From the NCBI GenBank assembly GCA_045544255.1, contig JAZPYP010000058.1, positions 23,520 to 87,519 of the forward strand: a stretch of 64,000 nucleotides of DNA. The letters are read 5' to 3'. This DNA is from Eubacteriales bacterium (GTDB taxonomy: Bacteria; Bacillota; Clostridia; Oscillospirales; QAKW01). The translations under genes and the position numbers were made by a program. The notes below the pieces were generated by a model. The model was not told where the DNA came from. It saw only the letters and a list, made by a program, of their open reading frames with translations, and did not search any database. Positions 38,226 to 47,360 of the stretch are shown here, one piece after another. How positions within the stretch are numbered: position 1 is the stretch's first letter; each line of letters begins with the position of its first letter.

Positions 38226-39064
38226 TGCATGAAAAAAAGCAGAACCGATGGCTAACAGCGCTCTTCGCCATCTGCTCTGCTATTTATATGATCCCCCTTT
38301 TGGTTTTGCTGATCAATTCCTTCAAAACGAAAGAAGCAATTACCGGCAGGGTTTTTGCTCTTCCGGATCGGGAGTCTTTTGCAGGCTTTTCTAATTTTAT
38401 TCGGGGCATAACCTCTATTGATTTTTTCTCCTCTATTGGATATAGCTTGATTATAACAGTGATTTCGGTTGGCTTGATTCTGCTTTGCACCTCGATGTGT
38501 GCTTGGTTTTTGGATCGTGTAGGCGGAAGGCTTTGCAGAGGGCTCTATTACCTTTTTGTTTTTTCTATGGCAGTTCCTTTTCAAATGGTAATGTTTACCT
38601 TGCCCTATATTGCAGATCGATTGGGGCTAACTTCGCCTTGGTCGATTCCTCTTGTTTATCTTGGCTTTGGGGCAGGCCTTGCTGTCTTTATTTTTGCAGG
38701 CTTTATTAAGGGAATCCCGCTGGAGATCGAAGAGGCCGCCATGATCGATGGGTGCAATGCCCCTGCGACCTTTTTTCGGGTTGTGCTGCCCATTATGCGC
38801 CCCACCTATATCTCGGTGGCGATTCTGCAGGCAATGTGGATCTGGAATGATTATCTTTTGCCAACCTTGGTTTTGGATAAAACCAAAGGATATTATACCA
38901 TTCCCATGGCGATTCAATCGGCAACCACCGATAGCTATGGCTCGGTAGACTATGGCGCTTTCATGGCTCTTCTGACCCTTGCGGTTATTCCTATTATCAT
39001 CTTTTATGCAATAGGTCAACGCCATATTATCAAAGGGGTTATTTCCGGCGCTGTGAAGGGCTGA
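38222..39064 (+). CDS. Sugar ABC transporter permease (MsmG-like)
   Basis: IEEAAMIDG loop, WIWNDYLLP, IIKGVISGAVKG. Confidence 0.9.
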   Translation: MMHEKKQNRWLTALFAICSAIYMIPLLVLLINSFKTKEAITGRVFALPDRESFAGFSNFIRGITSIDFFSSIGYSLIITVISVGLILLCTSMCAWFLDRVGGRLCRGLYYLFVFSMAVPFQMVMFTLPYIADRLGLTSPWSIPLVYLGFGAGLAVFIFAGFIKGIPLEIEEAAMIDGCNAPATFFRVVLPIMRPTYISVAILQAMWIWNDYLLPTLVLDKTKGYYTIPMAIQSATTDSYGSVDYGAFMALLTLAVIPIIIFYAIGQRHIIKGVISGAVKG

Positions 39065-39162
39065 TGCCAAATCTCTTTTTATAGGCGCGGTAAAATTAGT
39101 AACCGATACTTTGCCTGTTGCAGGGCTTGCGGAAAAGAAATCCGCTAATTTTAAAAAAATAC

Positions 39163-39191
39163 TTGCAATTTGGAAATCTCTTTGATATAAT
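39163..39191 (+). promoter_or_regulatory. sigmaA promoter upstream of the glycine riboswitch
   Basis: TTGCAA-17-TATAAT with extended TG. Confidence 0.75.
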
Positions 39192-39220
39192 GATTGCATT
39201 ATTTTTAAAATAGAATATCT

Positions 39221-39400
39221 AGTTGATCCTTGCAGGAAGACTGTAAGGGGATAGAACTTTGGAGAATCCCATTTAATTGGGTGCCGAAGGGGCAAGCGTT
39301 TTTGCGCGAAACTCTCAGGCAAAAGGACAAAGATTTTTAAAAAAGAATTCTTTTGATTTTTGCAGATCGTTTGTGCAATAGCGCGGGCGGTCTGTTTTAT
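39221..39400 (+). promoter_or_regulatory. Glycine riboswitch (single aptamer) with downstream terminator-like hairpin
   Basis: CTTTGGAGA..CCGAAGGGGCAA..AAACTCTCAGGCAAAAGGACAAAG (39257-39332); hairpin CAGATCG..CGGTCTG plus T-run before the symporter. Confidence 0.88.
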
Positions 39401-39433
39401 TTTGCGTTAATGAAGAAAGGGGATTTTTTAAAC

Positions 39434-40984
39434 ATGAACGCGTTTATAGAAAAAGTAACTGAGATCAATGGTGTGATCAACACTTGGATTTGGACGGACT
39501 TTGGTCTTTATCTGCTGCTGATAGCAGGTGTTATTATGACTGCCGTTACCGGAGTTTTCCAAATCAGCCATCTCAAGCACTGGTGGGTTAATACCATCAT
39601 GACCATCTTTAAGAAGGATAATACCTCTACCAAAAAGACTGATAAGAAATCCATTTCCCAGTTCCAAGCTTTATGCACTGCATTGGCTGCAACCGTTGGT
39701 ACCGGTAATATCGCAGGTGTTGCGGCAGCAATTTGCATCGGCGGCCCCGGTGCTGTTCTTTGGATGTGGGTTGCGGCGTTCCTCGGAATGATGACCAACT
39801 ATTCCGAAAATGTGCTTGGTATTTTCTATCGCCGCAAGAATAAAGATGGCGAGTGGTCCGGTGGCGCTATGTACTATCTGAAAGATGGTATGGGCAAGAA
39901 AAAAGGCCTCAAATGGATCGCTTCTGTTTTGGCGGTTCTTTTTGCAATCTTTGCTATTCTTGCCTCCTTCGGTATCGGTAATATGGGGCAGGTCAATAAG
40001 ATTACCCTGAATATGGAATCTGCATTTTTCTCTAATGTAGAATGGAATGTAGGCGGCGTTAATATGATCAATCTGATCATCGGCCTTGTGTTGCTTGTTA
40101 TTGGTGCATTGATCATCATTGGCGGTTTGCAGAGAATTGCTTCCGTTGCCGAGCGGGTTGTTCCTTTCATGGCAGTTGCTTATATTGTTTTGGGTTTGAT
40201 CCTTGTGGGGATTAATTACGATCTCGTTCTCCCTGCATTTAAGTCTATTTTTGTTCATGCTCTTGGTGCAAAAGCTTTGGCCGGCGGTGCTGCAGGTGCT
40301 GCTTTGAAGCTCGCGATCGTGCAGGGCTGCAAACGTGGCGTATTCTCCAATGAGGCAGGCCTTGGCTCTTCTGTAATGGTTCACTCTTCTTCCAATGTTA
40401 AAGAGCCTGTCAAGCAGGGGATGTGGGGCATTTTTGAAGTATTCTTCGATACTATGATTGTTTGTACTATGACTGCTCTCATTGCTCTTACTTCCGGTGT
40501 TATCGATTTAGAAACCGGTGTTGTTGCCGCAGGCACTAATGATGCAACCTTGATCAGCAAGGCATTCGGTAGTGTTTATGGTCAGGCCGGTGAATGGTTT
40601 GTGGCTATTGCTATGCTGCTCTTTGCATTCACTACCGTTCTGGGCTGGTCTCAATATGGTTCCAAAGCTGTTGAGTATCTCTTTGGTACCAAAGCGGTTA
40701 AGGTTTATAAGGTGATCTTTGTTCTGATGATCGTTTCCGGTGCGGTGATGACTTCTTCCTTGGCTTGGGATATTTCCGATACCTTCAATGGTCTGATGAT
40801 GATTCCCAACTTGATTGCGGTTGTTATCTTGAGTCCCTTGGTATTTAAAATTACCCGCAATTATATTGATCGCAAACTTAAAGGAAAAGATGTTAAACCC
40901 CTCTATTCCTATGATGAGCAGATTCAGGCAGAGGCTGAAGCAAGCCCCAGCGATGATGTAATCATTCCGGCTGAATCTAAATAA
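39434..40984 (+). CDS. Alanine/glycine:cation symporter (AGCS family)
   Basis: ALAATVGTGNIAGVA, GGPGAVLWMW, FSNEAGLGS, FDTMIVC and NGLMMIPNL motifs. Confidence 0.93.
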   Translation: MNAFIEKVTEINGVINTWIWTDFGLYLLLIAGVIMTAVTGVFQISHLKHWWVNTIMTIFKKDNTSTKKTDKKSISQFQALCTALAATVGTGNIAGVAAAICIGGPGAVLWMWVAAFLGMMTNYSENVLGIFYRRKNKDGEWSGGAMYYLKDGMGKKKGLKWIASVLAVLFAIFAILASFGIGNMGQVNKITLNMESAFFSNVEWNVGGVNMINLIIGLVLLVIGALIIIGGLQRIASVAERVVPFMAVAYIVLGLILVGINYDLVLPAFKSIFVHALGAKALAGGAAGAALKLAIVQGCKRGVFSNEAGLGSSVMVHSSSNVKEPVKQGMWGIFEVFFDTMIVCTMTALIALTSGVIDLETGVVAAGTNDATLISKAFGSVYGQAGEWFVAIAMLLFAFTTVLGWSQYGSKAVEYLFGTKAVKVYKVIFVLMIVSGAVMTSSLAWDISDTFNGLMMIPNLIAVVILSPLVFKITRNYIDRKLKGKDVKPLYSYDEQIQAEAEASPSDDVIIPAESK

Positions 40985-40986
40985 AG

Positions 40987-41028
40987 CAATAAAAAACTTC
41001 CCATCGCAGGATGGGAAGTTTTTTATTG
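40987..41028. terminator. Bidirectional terminator
   Basis: CAATAAAAAACTTCCCATC-GCAG-GATGGGAAGTTTTTTATTG. Confidence 0.9.
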
Positions 41029-41040
41029 CTTTAAAATATT

Positions 41041-42357
41041 TTAGTTGAACTTCGGCAGATAATCGCCATGGGCTTGGATCAGATCATCAACCATCTTCTT
41101 AATGGTATCGATATCCAGCTCGCTGCCGGTATGGGGATCCAGCATGGCGGCCTGATAAATATGATCCTTCTTCAAGGTGCGGGCGGCTTCGATGGTCAGA
41201 AGCTGCACATTGATGTTGGTCATATTCATGGCAGCGCATTGAACAGGAAGCGCGCCAACATGGCAGGGATGAATGCCATGGCCATCGACCAAGCAGGGAA
41301 CCTCAACGCAAGCCTCTGCAGGCAGGTTGGTGATCAGGCCGTTATTGAGCACATTACCGCCGATCTTATAGGGATTGCCGGTAACCATCGCTTCCATAAT
41401 GCGGGAAGCATATTCCTTGGAACGGGTATGCTCTTTTACTCCGCCGGCAAGCAGCTCTTTATATTCATCTTTCCATTTGGCAATTTGATTAACGCAGCGG
41501 CGAGGATATTCGTCCAAGGGAATATTATAGCGCTCGATCAATTCCGGATACTTGCTCTTGATGTAGAACATATTGTATTCCGCATTGTGTTCGCTGGATT
41601 CGGTGCAATAATAGCCGAAATTGTTGATGTAGTCGAGGCGAACCTTATCCTTGAATTCGGGGTCTGCCATCTTTTCGGGAACTCTTTCTTTAATAAGAGG
41701 ATAAAGGTCGTTGCCCTCTTTATCCTTAATCTCAAGAAGCCATGCCATATGGTTAATACCGGCGATCAGCTCCTTTCGGCCCTCCAGCTTATCCTCAAGG
41801 CCAAGCTCTTTCAGAAGCCCACCGGAGCAAACCTGCACACTATGGCAAAGACCAATGGTATTAATATTGGTATATCGTTGCATATAACCGGTCAGCATCG
41901 CCATGGGATTGGTATAGTTGAGGAAGAGCGCATCGGGGCAAACCTCCTCCATATCCTTGGCAAAATCTGCCATAACAGGAATGGTGCGCAAAGCCCGCAT
42001 AATGCCGCCGATCCCGAGAGTATCGCCGATGGTTTGCTGCAGACCATATTTCTTGGGCACCTCAAAATCAATGATGGTGCAGGGATCATAAAGGCCAACT
42101 TGAATGGCATTAACAACGAAATTGGCTCCTCTTAAAGCCTCTTTTCTTTGTTCAACGCCAAGATAGCATTCGATCTTGCCATAGCCGCCCATGGTTTTTT
42201 GCATGGCTTTTAAGATGGTTTCGCTCTCTTTGAGGCGCTCGCCATCAATGTCGTAAAGAGCAAAAACGCTATCCCGCAGATGCTCGCTACACATGCAGTC
42301 GCCAATAACATTGCGGGCAAAAACAGTGCTTCCCGCGCCCATAAAGGTGATCTTCAT
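41041..42357 (-). CDS. melA: GH4 family NAD+-dependent alpha-galactosidase/alpha-glucosidase (MelA-like)
   Basis: KITFMGAGSTVF, GDTLGIGG, NYTNPM, GLCHSV, GINHMAW and TESSEH motifs. Confidence 0.85.
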   Translation of the reverse strand: MKITFMGAGSTVFARNVIGDCMCSEHLRDSVFALYDIDGERLKESETILKAMQKTMGGYGKIECYLGVEQRKEALRGANFVVNAIQVGLYDPCTIIDFEVPKKYGLQQTIGDTLGIGGIMRALRTIPVMADFAKDMEEVCPDALFLNYTNPMAMLTGYMQRYTNINTIGLCHSVQVCSGGLLKELGLEDKLEGRKELIAGINHMAWLLEIKDKEGNDLYPLIKERVPEKMADPEFKDKVRLDYINNFGYYCTESSEHNAEYNMFYIKSKYPELIERYNIPLDEYPRRCVNQIAKWKDEYKELLAGGVKEHTRSKEYASRIMEAMVTGNPYKIGGNVLNNGLITNLPAEACVEVPCLVDGHGIHPCHVGALPVQCAAMNMTNINVQLLTIEAARTLKKDHIYQAAMLDPHTGSELDIDTIKKMVDDLIQAHGDYLPKFN

Positions 42358-42480
42358 TTGAGGTTTCCTCCATTTGATTGGTTTATTTGTATTCATTCTA
42401 TCAGGAAAAAATCAAAAAATGAATTGATTTTTGTGTGTAAAACTTGTTATAATGTGAGATATAGATAGGAGGGATATCCT

Positions 42481-43245
42481 ATGAAAAACAATGTTATTAT
42501 TATGGATCAGGGCTATGCCACCTTAAGCCCCATGCAATTCGGTTGGGAGGCTTGCAAGCCCTCCCATGCCTATGGTCCTGCGGTGCGGGATCATATGTTG
42601 ATCCACTATGTCTTAAAAGGAGAGGGTACGTTTTATCGGGAAGGAAGAGCCTATTCTCTCGGTGCCGGAGATTTGTTTATTATCGAGCCCGAAATGGAAA
42701 CCTATTATGAGGCCGATAAAACGGATCCATGGGAATATATCTGGATCGGCTTTATTGCAGGAAAGGCGATGCCCGATTGCTTTTCTTCTCCGGTGATCCA
42801 TTGCCCCAAGGCGGGGGAGATTTTTTTAAGGATGAAGCAATGCGCGCAAAAAGAGGGCGGTCGCTCTGCATTTCTTGCGGCGCGGCTTTGGGATCTGATC
42901 TCCTTGCTTCAGGAGCAGGAAAGGATTTCGGCAGGCTATGTGGAGCAGGCGATCCAATGCATGCGTGCAGAATATCATACCGGTATTACTGTGCAGATGA
43001 TTGCAAGCCGCCTCAATTTAGATCGCAGCTATTTTTCTAATTATTTCAAAAAGGAAACCGGAATTTCCCCGCACCGGTATTTAACAGATCTTCGCATGGA
43101 GCGCGCGGCAACTCTTTTGCGGGATGAAGGGGTGCGCCCCACTATTGCCGCTGTCTCTACCGGTTTTTCCGATCTTTTTACCTTTTCAAAGGCCTTTAAA
43201 AACTATTTCGGGGTTTCTCCGCGGGAATATCAGAAAAAGTTGTAG
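42481..43245 (+). CDS. AraC family transcriptional regulator (MsmR/MelR-like)
   Basis: Cupin N-terminus (HYVLKGEG, PWEYIWIGF) and double HTH (FKKETGISP, FKNYFGVSPREY); divergent from the GH4 gene. Confidence 0.9.
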   Translation: MKNNVIIMDQGYATLSPMQFGWEACKPSHAYGPAVRDHMLIHYVLKGEGTFYREGRAYSLGAGDLFIIEPEMETYYEADKTDPWEYIWIGFIAGKAMPDCFSSPVIHCPKAGEIFLRMKQCAQKEGGRSAFLAARLWDLISLLQEQERISAGYVEQAIQCMRAEYHTGITVQMIASRLNLDRSYFSNYFKKETGISPHRYLTDLRMERAATLLRDEGVRPTIAAVSTGFSDLFTFSKAFKNYFGVSPREYQKKL

Positions 43246-43357
43246 AGATGCACAAAAAATTGAAAAGAAAAAATCAAAAATCTATGTAATTTTTTATTGC
43301 AATTTAAAAAATGCGGTGGTATAATTTTTCCATCTTTTTAAATTGGAGTGATGAATC

Positions 43358-44710
43358 ATGTCGATCAAGAATGCATATTTGAGCGATCTTTATGCAAGAG
43401 TTGAAAAGCGCAATGCAGGAGAAAAGGAATTTTTGCAGGCAGTTTATGAGGTTCTGGAGTCTTTGGAGCCTGTTGCTGATCAGCGGCCCGATTTGATCGA
43501 GGCCGGTGTTTTCGAGCGGATGGTTGAGCCTGAGCGGATGATCTCTTTCCGTGTACCTTGGGTAGATGATAGCGGTAAGGTTCAGGTGAACCGCGGCTTC
43601 CGCGTTCAGTTCAATAGCGCCATCGGCCCCTATAAGGGCGGGATTCGCTTCCATCCCACTGTAAATGCTTCTATTATGAAGTTCCTTGGTTTTGAGCAAA
43701 CCTTTAAGAATAGCCTGACCAGCCTGCCTATGGGCGGCGGTAAAGGCGGCGCCGATTTTGATCCCACCGGCAAGAGCGATGGGGAAGTAATGCGCTTCTG
43801 CCAAAGCTTTATGACCGAGCTTTCCAAATATATCGGTGCCGATACCGATGTGCCTGCCGGTGATATTGGCGTAGGTGCCCGCGAGGTTGGCTATATGTTT
43901 GGCCAATATAAGAGATTGCGCAATGAATTCACCGGTGTTCTGACCGGTAAGGGCATCTCTTTCGGTGGTTCCTTGATTCGCCCTGAAGCAACCGGCTATG
44001 GTGCTGTTTATTATGTTGTTGAGCTTCTGAAATCCCTTGGCGAGACTGTTGAGGGCAAAACCTTTGCAGTTTCCGGCTTTGGTAATGTTGCTTGGGGTAC
44101 TGTGAAGAAGGTTCATGAGCTTGGTGGTAAGGTTGTAACCATTTCCGGCCCCGATGGCTATGTTTACGATGCCGATGGCATCAGCACCCCTGAGAAGATC
44201 GATTATCTTCTGGAGATGCGCGCTTCCGGCCGCAATAAGGTGCAGGATTATGCCGATAAGTTCGGTGTTCCTTTCTATGCAGGCAAGCGCCCTTGGGAGC
44301 AGAAGGTTGATGTTGTGATGCCTTGCGCAACCCAAAATGAGGTTGATGTTGCCGATGCTAAAAATATCATCGCCAATGGCGTTAAATACTATGTGGAAGT
44401 GGCCAATATGCCCACCACTGCCGAGGCTGTTGCTTTGATGAAAGAAGCCGGCCTGATCATTGCTCCTTCCAAGGCTGTTAATGCAGGCGGTGTTGCCGTT
44501 TCCGGTTTGGAAATGAGCCAGAATTCCATGCGTTATAGCTGGACTGCTGAAGAAGTGGATGCCAAGCTTTATCAAATCATGGCAAATATCTTTAAGGCTT
44601 CTTCCGAGGCAGCCGAAAAGTATGGCATGAAGGGCGATCTGATCGCCGGCGCCAATATTGCAGGCTTCTTGAAGGTGGCCGAAGCAATGAAGGCTCAAGG
44701 CGTTGTTTGA
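43358..44710 (+). CDS. gdhA: NADP-specific glutamate dehydrogenase
   Basis: GPYKGGIRFHP, LPMGGGKGG, DVPAGDIGVG, RPEATGYG and KAVNAGGVAVS motifs; promoter TTGCAA-17-TATAAT at 43297-43325. Confidence 0.96.
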   Translation: MSIKNAYLSDLYARVEKRNAGEKEFLQAVYEVLESLEPVADQRPDLIEAGVFERMVEPERMISFRVPWVDDSGKVQVNRGFRVQFNSAIGPYKGGIRFHPTVNASIMKFLGFEQTFKNSLTSLPMGGGKGGADFDPTGKSDGEVMRFCQSFMTELSKYIGADTDVPAGDIGVGAREVGYMFGQYKRLRNEFTGVLTGKGISFGGSLIRPEATGYGAVYYVVELLKSLGETVEGKTFAVSGFGNVAWGTVKKVHELGGKVVTISGPDGYVYDADGISTPEKIDYLLEMRASGRNKVQDYADKFGVPFYAGKRPWEQKVDVVMPCATQNEVDVADAKNIIANGVKYYVEVANMPTTAEAVALMKEAGLIIAPSKAVNAGGVAVSGLEMSQNSMRYSWTAEEVDAKLYQIMANIFKASSEAAEKYGMKGDLIAGANIAGFLKVAEAMKAQGVV

Positions 44711-44730
44711 TTCCTACATATCGAATAGCA

Positions 44731-44768
44731 AAAAGGGGAGCGGAACCAAATGGTTCTGCTTCCCTTTT
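44731..44768 (+). terminator. Terminator after gdhA
   Basis: AAAAGGGGAGCGGAACC-AAAT-GGTTCTGCTTCCCTTTT. Confidence 0.8.
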
Positions 44769-44797
44769 CTTCTATTATATACTAATTGGCAATAGTC

Positions 44798-44826
44798 TTG
44801 ACTTTATATTGAAATTTTGGTATGAT
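44798..44826 (+). promoter_or_regulatory. sigmaA promoter of the teichoic-acid-like cluster
   Basis: TTGACT-17-TATGAT with extended TG. Confidence 0.7.
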
Positions 44827-44865
44827 TATCACGATGGCATAATCCGACTTTTTTAAAGGAGAGCA

Positions 44866-45561
44866 TTGATTTTGAATACTGCAATCATTCTTTCGGGCGG
44901 GATCGGATCCCGTATGGGCGCCGATTGCCCGAAGCAATATATTATGGTTCGCAAGCAACCGATTATTTCTTATTGCCTGGATATTTTCGAAAAGCATCCG
45001 ATGATCGATCATATTGTGATCGTGGCTGATGAGCAATGGCAAGGGTTTATCCATGAGTGGATCGAGCGGCTTAAAATTTCCAAATTTTTCCGATTTGCGC
45101 CGGCGGGGCGAACCCGTCAGCATTCCATTTATAATGGCCTAAAGGTTGCAGGGGAATGCACCCCCGATGAAGGTGTTGTTATTATGCATGATGCAGCCCG
45201 CCCTTTGGTTTCCGATCAAATTATTTCCGATTGCTTGATCGGCGCCAAAGAAGATGGCGGCGCCATGCCGGTGATTACCGTTAAGGATACTGTGTATTTC
45301 AGTAAGGATGGTGCTGCTATCGATCAGCTTCTTGATCGAAGCTGCCTTTATGCCGGTCAGGCGCCGGAGGCTTTTCGCTTTGGTGAATATCTTGCGATCC
45401 ATGATGCAGCCGGCGATGAAGAAATCGCCGCCACTGTCGGAACCAGTCAAATTGCCTATCGCCATGGTATGAAAGTTCGCTTGGTTAAGGGAAGTGAGCG
45501 GAATATTAAGATCACAACGCCTGAAGACCTTTCCACCTTTGAAACGATTCTATCGGAATGA
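44866..45561 (+). CDS. IspD/TarI-family cytidylyltransferase
   Basis: IILSGGIGSRM..PKQY, HDAARP, QAPEAF and NIKITTPEDL motifs; TTG start (44866 or 44872); first gene of the cluster. Confidence 0.87.
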   Translation: MILNTAIILSGGIGSRMGADCPKQYIMVRKQPIISYCLDIFEKHPMIDHIVIVADEQWQGFIHEWIERLKISKFFRFAPAGRTRQHSIYNGLKVAGECTPDEGVVIMHDAARPLVSDQIISDCLIGAKEDGGAMPVITVKDTVYFSKDGAAIDQLLDRSCLYAGQAPEAFRFGEYLAIHDAAGDEEIAATVGTSQIAYRHGMKVRLVKGSERNIKITTPEDLSTFETILSE

Positions 45562-47345
45562 GGAGTAAATTGTTGAAATACCAATTAGATTTTTCTCTGT
45601 TTTCTATCAGTGAGCATTCGCTGAATGTTGAATTTTCCGGATATGTGGAGGATGAAGCGATCCTTCAGGGCGGATATAGCCGCCCCAAAGCCATTCTCTA
45701 TTTTGATAACGGAAAAGAGAACCGCAGGATCCCGCTTGTGATTCAGGATTTGCAATATCTTGGAAATCGCTGTGTATTCAGCGGCAAATATCGTTATCAG
45801 CTTGATCATGTATTTTGGTCTACCAGAGGAATGAATTTGGAAACCAAGCTTTCTGTTCATTTTTCTTATGGTTCCGAATATTTAGAGGATGCTGCTTTTT
45901 CCCTTTTGGAAAAAGCCTATTTTTGCGATGAAAAAAATTGGAAATGCGCATTGGGCGAAAATCATTTTGTGATGAGCCCCGTTGCAGCAAAGAAGGCCAA
46001 TCCCTTTAAGCGCTTTGTTATTCAGCCGCTGGCATGGCTCTTTGATCAGATTACGCTTCTTCTTGGGCTTTGCATGATTCCTTGGTTTTTCTTGGAAGCG
46101 CTTCTTTGCTTTATCGGGATTGCCCAATGGGATAAAAAGGTGCGCTCCCATAATCCTATCCGCCGCATCATCGGCCATATCAACCGAAGAGTTCTGGGCT
46201 TTGCGCGGCGGAAGATTACCCTTGTGAAGATGTTTAAAACAGTGATTCAGCTGTTGTATCGCGTCTTTTGCATTTTCCCCATTAAGAAAAATCGCATCAC
46301 CTTTATTTCTATGCGCCGCACCGAGCTTTCGGGCAATTTTGCTTTTGTATATGAGCAGATGAAGGAGCGCAAGGATCTGGATATTCATTTTATTTTGAGC
46401 TATAGCAATTCAGTATGGATGTCTCTGCGGGATACTTTTCGGTTTTGCTATGCCTGCGCAGTAAGTAAGGTGATCGTTTTAGATGAGTTTACTCCTCAGA
46501 TCCATTATCTGGATTTAAGGAAGGAAACAAAGCTTGTGCAGCTTTGGCATGCATGCGGCGCTTTTAAAACCTTTGGCTTTACCCGTCTTGGAAAGCCTGC
46601 GGGCTCCCCGCAGGTTACGCGCAATCATCGTAGCTATGATTATGTTACTGTAAGCTCCACCTATTGTAAGCGCTGCCATTCCGAAGGGTTTGGTATTTCG
46701 GATGAAAAGATCATTCCCACCGGTATTGCCCGAACCGATGTTTTCTTTGATGAAGAATATAAGCAAAAGGTGCAAGCGGCATTTTATGAAAAATATCCCC
46801 GGCTTCGCGAGAAAAAGCTTCTTCTCTTTGCGCCAACCTTTCGGGGTACAGTGAAAGAAACTGCCCATTATCCCATGGAGCGCATGGATTTGAAGGCTCT
46901 GTATGAGGAGATCGGGGATGAATATGCCATTTTGGTTAAGCATCATCCCTTTGTTAGCGAAAAGCATCCGATCCCTGCGGAATATAAGGATCAAATATTG
47001 GATCTCTCGGAAGAAACAGAATTGAATGATCTGCTTTTTGTAACCGATCTGATCATTACCGACTATTCTTCTCTGATCTTTGAAGCAGCTCTTTTGAAGA
47101 TCCCGATGCTTTTCTATGTTTTTGATTTAAATGAGTATATCCGTCAGCGGGATTTCTATTTTGATCTTCGGCTGGAATCTCCCGGCAAATTGGTCTATTC
47201 TCAAAAAGAGCTGACCGATGCGATCCTCTCCAAGGATTTTGAAGCCGAGCAGATGGATGCATTTGCAAAAAAGTTCTTCGATGATTTTGATGGCCGATCC
47301 ACCGAGCGGATCGTTGCCTTGATTGAAAAAGCATTAAAAGAGTAA
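45558..47345 (+). CDS. CDP-glycerol/ribitol glycerophosphotransferase (TagF/TarL-like) with N-terminal extension
   Basis: QLWHACGAFKTFG, FAPTFRG, KHHP and ITDYSSLIFE motifs. Confidence 0.87.
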   Translation: MRSKLLKYQLDFSLFSISEHSLNVEFSGYVEDEAILQGGYSRPKAILYFDNGKENRRIPLVIQDLQYLGNRCVFSGKYRYQLDHVFWSTRGMNLETKLSVHFSYGSEYLEDAAFSLLEKAYFCDEKNWKCALGENHFVMSPVAAKKANPFKRFVIQPLAWLFDQITLLLGLCMIPWFFLEALLCFIGIAQWDKKVRSHNPIRRIIGHINRRVLGFARRKITLVKMFKTVIQLLYRVFCIFPIKKNRITFISMRRTELSGNFAFVYEQMKERKDLDIHFILSYSNSVWMSLRDTFRFCYACAVSKVIVLDEFTPQIHYLDLRKETKLVQLWHACGAFKTFGFTRLGKPAGSPQVTRNHRSYDYVTVSSTYCKRCHSEGFGISDEKIIPTGIARTDVFFDEEYKQKVQAAFYEKYPRLREKKLLLFAPTFRGTVKETAHYPMERMDLKALYEEIGDEYAILVKHHPFVSEKHPIPAEYKDQILDLSEETELNDLLFVTDLIITDYSSLIFEAALLKIPMLFYVFDLNEYIRQRDFYFDLRLESPGKLVYSQKELTDAILSKDFEAEQMDAFAKKFFDDFDGRSTERIVALIEKALKE

Positions 47346-47360
47346 AAGGAGAAGGCGGCC

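Noticed and set aside
41068-42135. 355-aa plus-strand ORF over the GH4 gene, and similar shadows over leuS, pflB, glgB and mlrC
   Set aside because: Same antisense-shadow pattern; the opposite strand carries the recognisable enzyme.
43304-44698. 464-aa ORF antisense to gdhA
   Set aside because: Fully overlaps a clear gdhA; long antisense frames are a common artefact of this strongly biased gene; no domain features.
44866-45561. Calling this gene ispD of the MEP pathway
   Set aside because: It overlaps the first glycerophosphotransferase gene and has no ispF neighbour, so a TarI-like role is more likely; left without a symbol.
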